From the NCBI RefSeq assembly GCF_964194025.1, contig NC_134473.1, positions 53,568,001-53,632,000 on the forward strand: 64,000 nt of DNA, in the 5' to 3' direction. Numbering within the stretch: position 1 is the stretch's first letter; each line of letters starts with the position of its first letter. The notes below the pieces were generated by a model, which did no database searches, was not told where the DNA came from, and saw nothing but the letters and a program-made list of their open reading frames with translations. Position numbers and translations under genes: made by a program. The DNA comes from Convolutriloba macropyga. Its lineage: Eukaryota. Shown here in pieces: positions 1 through 12,978 of the stretch.

Positions 1-1557
1 TAAGACTTCACGATAACCGTTGACTATGAAAACGACAACACCCAATAAAGGCAAATATCAAAAAATTAAGAAGAAAAATATGAGAAGAAAGTGTCGAAGC
101 CATTTAAACCATGTTTTTCTGTGAAACTTTACGTATGAACCATTGAAGTTCTTCTCTAAGCCAAAGCAACCATCAATTTTAAGATAATGGGCTAGAATTT
201 CAAAAGGATTCAAAATTACAAAAAAAAATCCAAACATTTTTTTAAAAAAAATTATGAAAACTCGTGCATCGAAGCCGTAACAGTCGTTTAATTTTGGTTC
301 AAATAGAACGGAGTGGGATCCGATAATTACTGAGACTGACATACAGTTCAAGAAAATATTCTTAAAATAGCTTTCAACGGAAGTCATTAAATACGGTAAG
401 TTATGACTTGATTGGAGAAGAACACTATTTTTAAAACATTGGTTATCAAGATGACATCACAATAAGTCTTATGACTATGGAAACAACAACAAACACAGGC
501 AAAAATCAAAAAATCAACAGGAAAGTGCGAGAAGAAAGTGTCGAAGCCATTCAAACCATAAGCTTTTCTCTGAAAATTTTATCCATGATCCCTTGAAAAT
601 GTTTCCTGAGACAATGGGAGGTATCAAAATCAGGATAATGTGATAAGATTTCAAGAGGAACCAATATTACGAACATATCCAAAAAAAATTTTGAAAAATT
701 TTGAAGTCTTGTTGCATTGAACTCATATTACAAATAGTTAGAAGACAAAAACCTTTAGCCAGAATAATTTTGGTTCATTAGAAAAGAAGGGGGTCCTGTC
801 ATTACTGAGACTTACTTACAGTTCACGAAAGCAAGTGTATGATCAGTTAATGTTAAAAAAATTAGCGAAAAACCAGTTTTAAAGTCTTAACAGCCATTAG
901 CTGTCCAGTCAAAGCTCTAGATAGGTTCAATTAGTGCTCATTGTCAACAAATCTATGCCATAGGACTCCAAAAATTTAGTACAACGTCAAAAAGAAAATC
1001 AAAATTTTACTTAAATTTACGAAAACTAAGAGTCTAAGCCAAAAAAACAAGATTGATTCCTTGAAGACGAATTTTTTGTTCTTTGGGCCTCATTAGAATG
1101 TAATTCGTGTTGTCAATATTGGAACTGCTATTTGAAAACTGACTAGACTCTAGGTGACTGCATTTTTTTGATAGTACACTTTCCTATGAGACCAGAACCC
1201 TTCTTTTTATCCCCTTCGTTAGTCTATTAGGAATTCAAAATTGACTCATTTTGTGGCGTAAATTGGAAATTGGAATTAATATTTCTATTAAAAAAACTTG
1301 ATTTGAAAAATTGTACTAAAAGTGAACAAAATCATGCCAAATATCCCGTTGTTCACACAAAACTTCAATCCTCAATAACTCCTCCAAAAAAACGAAATTC
1401 AAAAAAATCTCTTTAGTTTCCAATTCTACGCTGGACGTGCTTTTTAATGATACAATTCACATTTCTCTACGATGAATATGTCGATCGGCCAAAATTGACT
1501 GAAGAAAAAAACCCATTCGAGTATATAGTTCCTCCCCCCACAAGTGGGGTCGGAACA
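1..1557 (-). mobile_element. Non-autonomous DNA element with internal tandem repeats (same family as 12979-16640); second copy at ~1951-3565
   Basis: 1521-1557 is the reverse complement of the terminus at 12979 (ttgttccgaccccRcttgtggggg...aggaactatata). The interior matches the ~540-bp repeat units at 13800-16640 in reverse. Confidence 0.7.
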
Positions 1558-3955
1558 ATAAAGTGAGCTTAGATGAAGGGAAAATGAGACAAAAACTAAA
1601 TTTGCTTAACAAAAAAAGAAATAAACCAGAACACTCAGCACTAAAACAAACAAATCATTTTAAGAAATAATTTTAAAATCAGAACCGTTCAGAACTGGAA
1701 ACAAATTGATTGAAAAACAAAAATTACAAAAAATACTAACAGTCACGCAACTAAATTGTCGCGACTAAACAAAAAACAGAAGTATTAGCTATACTTGAAA
1801 ATACTGAAGCCGGCATAGCTTGCCTAAACGAGACCAACTAAGGTAGGAAACCGCCCCCGCAAATTTAGAAGACTATACCCTAGAAGGAAACAACAAACAC
1901 AGCCGATAATGACCTGCAATCTACATCAAACACCGATTAAATTATGAGCTAATACGCCAAATTACGCATCAATGAGACAACAAAGATGTTTGGCTTTCGC
2001 AAATCATCAATAAGACTTCACGATAACCGTTGACTATGAAAACGACAACACCCAATAAAGGCAAATATCAAAAAATTAAGTAGAAAAATGTGAGAAGAAA
2101 GTGTCGAAGCCATTTAAACCATGTTTTTCTGTGAAACTTTACGTACGATCCATTGAAGTTCTTCTCTAAGCCAAAGCAACCATCAATTTTAAGATAATGG
2201 GCTAGAATTTCAAAAAGATTCAAAATTACAAAAAAAATCCAAACATTTTTTTTAAAAAAATATGAAAACTCGTGCATCGAAGCCGTAACAGTCGTTTAAT
2301 TTTGGTTCAAATAGAACGGAGGGGGATCCGATAATTACTGAGACTGACATACAGTTCAAGAAAATATTCTTAAAATAGCTTTCAACGGAAGTCATTAAAT
2401 ACGGTAAGTTATGACTTGATTGGAGAAGAACACTATTTTTAAAACATTGGTTATCAATATGACATCACAATAAGTCTTATGACTATGGAAACAACAACAA
2501 ACACAGGCAAAAATCAAAAAATCAACAGGAAAGTGCGAGAAGAAAGTGTCGAAGCCATTTAAACCATAAGCTTTTCTCTGAAAATTTTATCCATGATCCC
2601 TTGAAAATGTTTCCTGAGACAATGGGAGGTATCAAAATCAGGATAATGTGATAAGATTTCAAGAGGAACCAATATTACGAACATATCCAAAAAAAATTTT
2701 GAAAAATTTTGAAGTCTTGTTGCATTGAACTCATATTACAAATAGTTAGAAGACAAAAACTTTAGCCAGAATAATTTTGGTTGCATTAGAAAAGAAGGGG
2801 GTCCTGTCATTACTGAGACTTACTTACAGTTCACGAAAGCAAGTGTATGATCAGTTAATGTTAAAAAAATAGCGAAAAACCAGTTTTAAAGTCTTAACAG
2901 CCATTAGCTGTCCAGTCAAAGCTCTAGATAGGTTCAATTAGTGCTCATTGTCAACAAATCTATGCCATAGGACTCCAAAAATTTAGTACAAAGTCAAAAA
3001 CAAAATCAAAATTTTACTTAAATTTACGAAAACTAAGAGTCTAAGCCAAAAAACAAGATTGATTCCTTGAAGACGAATTTTTTGTTCTTTGGGCTTCATT
3101 AGAATGTAATTCGTGTTGTCAATATTGGAACTGCTATTTGAAAACTGACTAGACTCTAGGTGACTGCATTTTTTTGATAGTACACTTTCCTATGAGACCA
3201 GAACCCTTCTTTTTATCCCCTTCGTTAGTCTATTAGGAATTCAAAATTGACTCATTTTGTGGTGTAAATTGGAATTTGGAATTAATATTTCTATTAAAAA
3301 AACTTGATTTGAAAAATTGTACTAAAAGTGAACAAAATCATGCCAAATATCCCGTTGTTCAGACAAAACTTCAATCCTCAATAACTCCTCCAAAAAAACG
3401 AAATTCAAAAAAATCTCTTTAGTTTCCAATTCTACGCTGGACGTGCTTTTTAATGATACAATTCACATTTCTCTACGATGAATATGTCGATCGGCCAAAA
3501 TTGACTGAACAAAAAAACCCATTTGAGTATATAGTTCCTCCCCCCACAAGTGGGGTCGGAACAATAAAGTGAGCTTAGATGAAGGGAAAATGAGACAAAA
3601 ACTAAATTTGCTTAACAAAAAAAGAATTAAACCAGAACACTCAGCACTAAAACAGACAAATCATTTTAAGAAATAATTTTAAAATCAGAACCGTTCAGAA
3701 CTAGAAACAAATTGATTGAAAAACAAAATTACAAAAAATACTAACAGTCACGCATCTAAATTGTCGCGACTAAACAAAAAACAGAAGTATTAGCTATACT
3801 GGAAAATACTGAAGCCGGCATAGCTTGCCTAAACGAGACCAACTAAGGTAGGAAACCGCCGCCCTAAATTTAGAAGACTATACCCTAGAAGGAAACAACA
3901 AACACAGCCGATAATGATCTGCAATCTACATCAAACACCGATTAAATTATGAGCT
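1..3955. repeat. Tandem segmental duplication, ~2.0-kb unit (1-1950 repeated at 2011-3955)
   Basis: Position 2011 restarts 'taagacttcacgataaccgttgac' as at position 1. The copies are near-identical with scattered SNPs and homopolymer indels until 'attatgagct' (1950/3955), where they diverge. Confidence 0.95.
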
Positions 3956-5748
3956 TTTAGAAACGAAAACATGAATCAGAAAGCAAACAAAGACAAGAAT
4001 GTATCACTATAAAACAATTGTACTGTACATAACAAACATCAATGTATCACCACAGCTAGAAATAAGAGCGGACCCAATCACAAAAACACCAAATAACGAA
4101 GCTCACATAAATTCTAGGGACATCAATGGAAAACAACCAATGGTTGGAGTCAATGATCTAATCACTAACAGAACAGGAAAAATAATTCAAAAATGGCATG
4201 ACAAGGAAAACTTTATATTAACAAACGTTTATGAAGCTACGCACAAAGAAGGTGGAAACTAGATGTGCACCTAGCCAAATCTAAACTAGCCAGCTTATTT
4301 GATAATATTTATGTTTCCAATGAAAGCCATACCCAACTTTGACCATATACAACTGTAAGCACCTATAACATAGAAAAACCAATCTAATCACATAACAAGA
4401 TTAATTGGGAAAAGTACAAAAATCATATCTTGCATTATTCAGATAACGTTATTGTGAACACAACAAACAAAATAGACTTAGAAAAAAACATAGACATAAT
4501 TACACCAAACATCCAAGCTGCATACAAGGAGAGCATATATGTGAATAAACACATAACTACCAACCACCACTAAGTTAGAACGAAAAAGAAACAAATTAAC
4601 GAATCAAAGATGAAACGGAGAACGAAACACCACCCAACATCGAATAATTTTCAACCAAATCAATAAACCAATAAACAAAATAGTGAAAATAAGCAAAAAA
4701 AACAATGAAACAACAAAAAAAGTTAATTGGCAAACTAAACCCAGCAAAAAAACGTGAAAACTTCTAGAAAGCTGCAAAAATTTTACTCAACCAAAGTCCG
4801 AAAAACTTCGAAAATTAGCATTGAATAATCAGGAAGCTGCAGATGTTTTCGCCGTAAAACTTAAAACAACAAAGAAAACGAATGAATCAAAAACATATAA
4901 AGCAAAACGCCACGAGGAAATTGTTTCACTGCAAATAAGAGAATCAAATTTCAAGACAACCAATCTATGTGAAGAAGAAAGAAAACACACGGAAGTAAAA
5001 CCTGCAACTCTTAAAAGTATCTTAAGAAGTCGTAAAAATATCGCACCTGGACCTGAAGGAATAAATTTTCAGTTGATAAAAACAACTACCTTTAGAAACA
5101 ATAGAAAATTTAGCGCAAACAATTCAAATATCAAAACAATTAGGTCATGTACCGGCCCAATGGAAAACTAGAATTGTAACAATGATACCAAAAATTAGAT
5201 AACAAAACGCTGAAGGGATACAGACCATTATCATGAACATCTTGCCTTGGAAAATTATGCGAGAGCCTTGTAAATGAACACATGGTAAATCACTATTGAA
5301 AAACAACCTGATCGGAGATCAACAAAGCGCCTACAGATCTGGCAGATAAACTACAGACAATCTTCTCACTCAAACAGAAAAAGCGACAACAAGCTTTAAA
5401 TGGAAAAGTGCCACAGCTGATGCCTTCTTAGAGGTTGAGCAAGCTTTTGACTCTGTATGGCACCAAGGTATCTTATACAAGCACATTTAAATTAAGACAC
5501 CGTGGTGGATCACAAAATGGACTAGCAGCTTGCTAAGTAACAGAAAAATTAAATTAAATTACAACCAAGCAGTTTCTACAAGCTTTACTTCCGAAGTAGG
5601 GGTCCCCAAAAGGAGCATTATGAGCCCAATCTTATTCAATATGTATGCAAGCAAACCGAAATGTAAAAATACATCAATTTCACAATATGCAGATGATATC
5701 GCTATATACTGCACACATGAAAAACATGAAATAACTAACATTTGTTAA
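3738..5748 (+). mobile_element. Decayed LINE ORF2 (APE endonuclease + RT); its 5' part is duplicated at ~1734-1950
   Basis: Frameshifted translation gives LTVT(Q/H)LNCR...ACLNET (APE start), APGPEGI, MIPK, YRPLS, AFLEVEQAFDSVWH, GVPKRSIMSPILFNMY and QYADDIA (RT motifs). Confidence 0.9.
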
Positions 5749-5816
5749 CCCGAAGCCAGATCAAGATGTATCAATCTCCTTTGCAAAACATTTTATAAAG
5801 AGAAAAATCAAACAAC

Positions 5817-6313
5817 GGTGGATGGGGACATCTGAGAGGTATGACTCGAGATGTTAGCTGAAGCCATTCAAAAGAGAATAGAAAAACGGAAGGAGGGCAG
5901 AGAGGAAAAAAGAGAAAACGAAAACTAAAGAAAAAAAGGAAAAAGTGGATGCGGATGTCTTGGGGTAAGACTCGAGACGTTAATTGAAACCATTCAAAAA
6001 AGGAAAGGGCAGAAAGGAAAAGAAAAAAGAACAAAAACTAAGGCAAAATTCTTAAACAAAGGTGGATGCGGACGTCTTGGGGTATGACTCGAGACGTTAG
6101 CTGAAGCCAACAAAAATAGTGGCAAACTTTCAAAATTTTAAATCAAAGATAAGAAGCGGAAAAGTAAAAAAGAATGCGGACGTCTTGGGGTATGACTCAA
6201 GACGTTAGTTGAAGCTATCAAAACGTAGCAAACTCTACCAAAAATCTAAATCAAACAAAACAAAAGCGGATATGGAATTCTTGGGGTATGACTCGAAACG
6301 TTAGCTGAAACCA
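5817..6313 (+). repeat. Array of five ~50-nt hairpin-forming cores separated by A-rich spacers
   Basis: Core GGTGGATGCGGACGTCTTGGGGTATGACTCGAGACGTTAGCTGAAGCCA and variants at ~5817, 5944, 6061, 6172 and 6267. Confidence 0.85.
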
Positions 6314-7004
6314 TCCAAAAATACACTGCCCAGGCTAAACGTTTATTTTTCTTTTTGTATGTAAATGCCTTCTTCACAACCCGACAAACCAAAGCAGCGA
6401 TGGACACCAAATCAGAAAGATCAGTGTGGGAGACTGGACTGATCACGGGAATCAGTCTAGATCTTGAAATTGATCTAACTCCAGGGTGCCCGTAAGGGAG
6501 GGCGAGGGCAGCATGATCGTGGGAATCATGCTGAGACCTTGTTAATGGCCTCACCTTCTAACTCCAGGGTGCCAGTAAGGGAGGGCAGCATGATCGTGGG
6601 AATCATGCTGGGGCCTTCATACTGGTCCCATACTCTAATCCCGCTTGGGAACAACCCCTCATCTCCGCAAGGTCAAAAAACCCCTCCGCAATAAGAGGAA
6701 CAAACCACATGCCAATGAACTCAAAGTGCACAAGCCTGCTGTTTTTCCTCTGAAAGGGAGGACTGACCGCCGGTGGTGCTCAGAGCGTGTCTCTCTTTCA
6801 TTTTCTCTTATGACTTTATTCCTGTCTTCCATTTGCTATAAGCTTCAAAACCAACGACAGGTCACTGTGCTCTCAGTGCACAAGCCGGTTGCTTGTCCTC
6901 TGAAATGGGGGACTGGCTGCCAGTGGTACACAGCGGGTGCCTCTCTTTCTGGCTTTCTCTCTTTTCTCTTTTCTTTCTTCTGATCTGAAAACTCTTTTCC
7001 TTCA

Positions 7005-7007
<3 letters not shown>

Positions 7008-7040
<33 letters not shown>
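7008..7040. repeat. (CT)n microsatellite
   Basis: Direct observation. Confidence 0.95.
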
Positions 7041-7041
<1 letters not shown>

Positions 7042-7269
7042 ACTGCCTTTCTTTTCTCCGACTTCAACTCTGCCTCTTTCCTCCCACGAATACACAAAAA
7101 AGACACCTGGAATCCCGCACCAAGTAACTCATTCAAACCAACTTCACTGCCTCCATACTCCAAACAAGCAATCAACATAAACCACTAGAACCAAACGAAA
7201 TTACCAAACCCAAATGCAAACCAAAGTGAAAGCGCGGTTTAAAAGGTGGCGTAAACTACCACTTGAGAA

Positions 7270-10200
7270 ATCGCAATTAGCAGTTCACTGCTAATTGAGT
7301 ACATTAAAAATTATATCAAAAAAGAGCTCTTTTCCAGTCCGACACTTTGCTTGATCTAGTCTTATGGATATTGAAAGTCAATAATTATCAATATAGGATT
7401 CCAGGAGCTTCACAATATTTGAGCAAGATATATTGTTAAAAAACTTAACGGTCGGGTGCCTTGAATAAACAACTTTTTTCGGTAGATAAAATAAGGCGGT
7501 ATCTTTTTCGTTAACAATGTGACCAACAAACAAATTAATATGTTTTCCATGATTATGTTCTCCATGTTTAAATAATGGTGGTCATTTGCTGCGCTGAATG
7601 GCAGATTTTAAATTATTATTATTCTCAGTGCAGCCCTTGCACTTGCACTCAGTGGCTTTAGCTAGTGTATCGCGATGGATATGAGGCCACCAACAACTTT
7701 TCTCTGGGCTGAGCATAGCAAAACTGCCGGGATGAGAAGAATGTATATCTTCCACAACAGTTTTTTTAACTGCCTTATATCTTGCAATCCAGTCGTCGAT
7801 GCATTGACATCCAGTCTTTACACTGAGATCTTCACACAGTGAACGAATGTAATATACAGTATACTTAAGGAGCCTATTTTTCAATTTTTCATCAACACTC
7901 ACCGTTCAGTCTTGTTCTTCGTTTAGGATGCAAACTTTATCAGTCAGTATTGCCCAGAGGGATTTGCTGAATAATTTTTTCACCGCTTCTGAGAAAATGG
8001 TCCTCTGATTCATTTAGCGAATTGTTTATTGTTAAGGGTGTCCTTTGTGACGTAGACCTCTTTTGATTCGTTCGGGGCGTAGAAACGTTTACAAGAGAGT
8101 TTTCTCATTCCAGGTTGTGGTTGAGCGTGACTCTAGATTTTGATGGCGTTGATGTTAAGTTCGACTTTGGGCGAGGCATTGAAATTCTATTTTTTGAACT
8201 ATCGGTTTTTTGAAGCAAAGTTGTAGTGGAGGAAGACAACCAATCAGTTTGACAAATTTTTGCAAAAAGCGAGGAATTTTTGGATGAGCTGTTATTATAG
8301 GCAGAATTTGTGGTATGTATTGTTTTCGCTCTAATTTCGTAATTGATTTTGCATTTATTTGGTTTGATGTTTAATGTAGCGCCTACATTGCCTAATTGTT
8401 TACATTGTTCGCATTCTTGTGTTTGTAACTTTTGCAGCGCAAAATAATTGTTATCAGGTGAATGAGTGATCTTAATGTGTGTCAGTTGCAAAACTAGATT
8501 TATTAATTCCGTTTGACCGCTGTGACATGATTGCCCAAATTGTTTTCCTACTATTGTTGCTGATTGAATTCGAGTTCATTAAAACCATGTCTTTTTTCAG
8601 TAGTGTCTCAAAATCCAGAGTCAAATGAAAATAGTTCGGGAGCCAAAAACAATTGGTCCTACGGTCTTCAGTGTTTTGTTTTAATGCGGCTCACAATCCA
8701 GATCAGAACGCACCACATTTTAGTCGAACCTCATGATTTGAGTTGTAAATGCATTTTTTTGTGTTTGACTTGATTGTCGCTTCTATTTCACGAAAATTTT
8801 CTTTATAATTTTGCTCACTTGAAACTCACTTGAAACAAAATGGGATTTATAGATGAGCAAGATTGGGTATAAATTTACTGATATAGTGAAAGGATGTCAA
8901 ATTAGCGAAAAATTTTAAGATTTTTAGGCAGCGGTATAGCCAAAATTGCAGCCGTTCAAGTCCCGATTTTGCAGTGTTATTTTTGCAGATTGATGGGTAA
9001 ACTATTTGAGACATCGGTTTACGTAGTTCATATGTTATAAGTGTGAAGAAACAAAAAAAAAATGAAGACCGATTACTTTATAGTCTATAGTCTCTTGAAA
9101 TTCAGCAGTCTTTTCTGTTTGAAAGTAGAATCCCCTGGTTCTCCATGAATGAGGTTAACTCTGCTATGTTTAGATGTGTCAGAGTGTAATTGAAGCTCGC
9201 TATAGACATAATACAGATCTATTTTCGTAAAATAGCTTTTTGACCGTTCGAGTTTCAGTCAAGTTTTGTTATATCAAATCAGTAAGCATTTCGATATTTG
9301 TCATTTGGTACTTATTTTAAAGTTGTGCTTTGCTGAGTACTCTGGATTCAAATTCTACTTTCAATGAGTAATCTTTTTAAAAAGTTTTGACTGTCGGAGC
9401 AATGACATTTTCATCTGAGCAAAATTAGTTTTTCAATTCGGCATTCTTTCCGCTAACTATTAGTTTCTTCTGTGACTTTAGTTTGGTAGGTTGTAGATAA
9501 GCCCTTCTCCTAATCCTGGAAACTGAGTAGTGATTACTGGTTACATGCGGCATTGGGATTGAAAGCTGATGTTGTTAATTGTTTTACCAGTGTCAAGTTG
9601 CTTTTGCACTACTGCAAGGTCAAGCCGTCAACATCATCTTTCGTCAACATCATCAGCAGTCCCCACAACATCTTTTGGCCGTCTTCTACAGCTGTAAGCT
9701 AAAAGGTCTGTGATTTCGATTTGTTAGATGCAAGTAAAGTCCGTAGTTTCAAAATTACACTATTGGTTCATTAGAGAAATATTTCAGTTCTTTTTCGTCG
9801 GTTGCTGGATTCGATGAGGATGTTTGTGCTTCTTTCAGAATTCTTGTATTTTTAGCTTGTGCCCCGGTACGTTATGCACACCCGCGAGAGAGAACGTGTC
9901 ATTACATAATAAATCATTACGTAAGAAATTCGAACGTGCGTGTGCTTGTTGAGGTGCGAATAAAACGCCCTCACTAAGCAGCGGGGTACAAACAGAAAAG
10001 ATCCGAGTATTCTTGTTACGTTACTGCAGACACTTCACCCATCTATCATTGCCCTACTTTTATGTTTCCATTCTAAACCTGGACATCTTGAGTTTTCCCT
10101 TTAGCTGCTGGTTTACTCATTATTGTTGCGATGTAGTCATCATCCGAGCTTTCGAATAAATAATTAAAATTCTGTCAGTACAATTCGCTGTAACTAGTGA

Positions 10201-11830
10201 TACAGTAAACAGTCTCCTTTGCATCGTCATCTTCTGCAGTCTTTTTTATTTCATTATTTTTTTGCCAAGATTGAGTTTGTTTTTTTTTGTTTTCACACAC
10301 ATACGCGTAAAATGGTTGACAATTTTACAGTTTTGCCTCGAACAAGGCAATTAGATCTATGATTCTTGTAAAATCGTGTATCGCAATTTCGAGAGTTGTT
10401 GGAATTTCTATTTTATGGGTAAGCATTCACGTTGCAATTGAGGGTTGGGGGTTGTCGATTGTAATTTTTGTTCGGATTTCCGACTTGGGAATTGTTAACC
10501 ATGTTGACGGCTTGATTATTTAACCAGTTTTGATTTATTTTTTTGCTGATTTTTCATCCCCATCTCCATATGAATTGCCTTTTCCAATTAGCTATTAGGA
10601 GCAACTTCTGCGAAGATGTTATTTTTTTGTATCAAAATCGAAGATATTAGCGATGAATATATCACGAAAAACGGAACTCTCTTCATCTCTGATTCTGCAG
10701 TTTTCAGTTTGTTCTTTTGAGTCTGCTGCAGATTTCTACTGCCTCGGCTTTCTGTTTTTTAAGTGTAAAAAAACGTACCGGTTATGCGTGATATGGAGAC
10801 ATCTTCTGAAAGATTCCTCTTCTATTGCCTTCCAAAGATCTGGATTGTGAAGATTGTTTTTCGATTTCGAGTTGCGTGTGCGTGCTGCTAAAAATTTGAC
10901 TTCCTTCCGTGCCAATGCATGAAAGATAGATAGATTAGTGAAGCTGTAACGTTGCCGCATATTCCCCTCGGCTTGTCTGCACATGTGGTGCCAATTTCGT
11001 CGCTGCCAATTTGATGCCAATTTTTTTACATCGATTTTGCAGCGCTACTTTGGGTTGAGCAATCTCATTCTGATTGTTGAGTATGACATTCGAATATGCT
11101 CTTCATATGTAGGTTCTTCTGGATATGCTACGCCTGTTCGTGGATAGTTGAATAAGATTTCTAAATGTATGTTTATTTTGCGAAGAGGGCTAGTTTCCAT
11201 TACTTGATCCGTGTTTCAGAGTTGAGCGGAGCTAGTCTTTCCCCAATTAGCTTCGATGTGAAGAGAGATTTTTCCAGATTTCTTTGCTGACTGCCCTATG
11301 TGATACTGCCTTGGAGTGTAATTTGGATTTTTCCAGAACAAAAATTACTCTACAAAGTTCAGACTTTGCGTCGCAATTGCCTTCTATAGTGCTTGCGCAG
11401 ATTTAGTTAATTCTTTGGCTTTGACAAAGTTTATTAGCCAGCTGAAGTTTATGAGGTCTGTGTCGGACATCAAACTATTTTGAAAAGCCCACCATGGAAC
11501 CCTCTGTGATGTAAACGATGGAGATTTCATTTAATGAATACTTCTAACAAAGGAAGGCATGCAATAGGCTTTCTAATAAGAGATCATGCAAAAACGTTAT
11601 TATAAAAACAAATTGCTGTGTGAGGCAAACGTCAATAACAGGAATATAAAATCAGAGCGAGACAGGAGGATGAGGAACAAACAATTAAGATGAGTGGACG
11701 GTCAAATGTTGAAAGGAAAGGAGGAAGCGATCGGGATAATTTGTGAAGATGAACCCTGGAAACTTAGCTACTGAAGCGGAACTTCAATTCAACTTATGAG
11801 ATAGGATATGTGAAGACAAATGATATGATG
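7270..11830 (-). mobile_element. Heavily decayed Ty3/Gypsy-like LTR retrotransposon remnant
   Basis: 7582-7902 encodes an integrase zinc-binding region (EDIHSSHPG..AM....CWWPHIHRD....ATECK). Integrase-core remnants (SRHPTVK, IRLDQA) lie at ~7330-7480. Decayed gag/pol-like frames run to ~11200, with a possible LTR at ~11505-11830. Boundaries are approximate. Confidence 0.65.
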
Positions 11831-12978
11831 GTGGCGGATATTTTGATTGCGATACGGAATTGACAAATTGAAAACACGTGAAACTTGGACAGTATTTTGT
11901 CAAAGAAAACTTTATTATTTTTGGCAACAAAATATTTTTCCAGCTTAAAAAAATGTTAATTGAACAAAACGGAAAAAGTTTTGTTACTTAAACGAGTTAA
12001 CAATCAATTGTGATTTTGAGGACAAAAACCCGTCGATCCAAAACCATCCTTACCCTTGATATCAATATTGGAATCAGAAATTAAAATCAATATTGCACAA
12101 GTATAGTACGTTGTAGATTCCAAATAAAACTATAAGCTTCAAAAAATCATTCAACGCAACAGCACCACTAATTGACAATTCAACAGCGTGGCTTAGTTTT
12201 CCGACAAACATTAAGATTTTGCCCAAACAGCAGTCTCAGGAATATCGTCTAAAGTAAAATATGGCCAGCACAAAAATATGGCCAGCACAACGTATCATGA
12301 ATGTGGAAGAAAAATCACTTTGGATATAAACTTTTACTAACAGACATTTCATCCCTCGGGCGAAAAACAGCAGCAATTCCGAAAGTTTTACCTCTAAAAA
12401 ACATCAAAGGTCCTAACAAAATCAAAACTTCTAGGTTAAATAATTGGAAACTAATGAGTTATCAGATGAAAAAAACGAACAAACAAAACAAGTCACCAAA
12501 AATACAGAAAAAATTATGGCACGTTTTAGGACACAGCAAACAACAGTTGGGTGGCAAAAGTGGATAATTTTAACTATTAAATTTGGAACTACTAATTTTT
12601 TTGATTCGCATTCGTTATTTGGAACTTAAAGTTTTATTGGATTTGGGCGGCGCCTATACTATCATTAACAAGTTCAGGGCTGATATTGATTGTTTGTGGA
12701 TTAAAGTATATTGAAACAAGACAGTCTCTCGCAACAGTTTAATATATTTTCAAATGACGCAATTGCTGAAACCGAAAGATAGTAATATCAATTGAATTTA
12801 AGGATTCAACCCAAACAGATCAAATATAAGTCGAGGTTTTAAAAGGACGTAGACGACACCTTGGTCAAGTTTTATTCATTATTCTAGCATTGACAATTAA
12901 TTACAGTCAATAAAATGTCAGAAAAATTGCAAACACGAGCTATAAATGCCCAATTAAGGAGCACAGCAACATCTATTT

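Noticed and set aside
58-2277. ORFs 58-387 and 2068-2277 (and similar short ORFs at 14010-16235, 47463-53842) as genes
   Set aside because: They lie within AT-rich tandem repeats, have F/L/K-biased composition and show no recognisable motifs.
5817-6313. CRISPR array
   Set aside because: Spacers are A-rich and related to each other (1 resembles 2, 3 resembles 4), repeats are long and degenerate, there are no cas genes and the context is eukaryotic.
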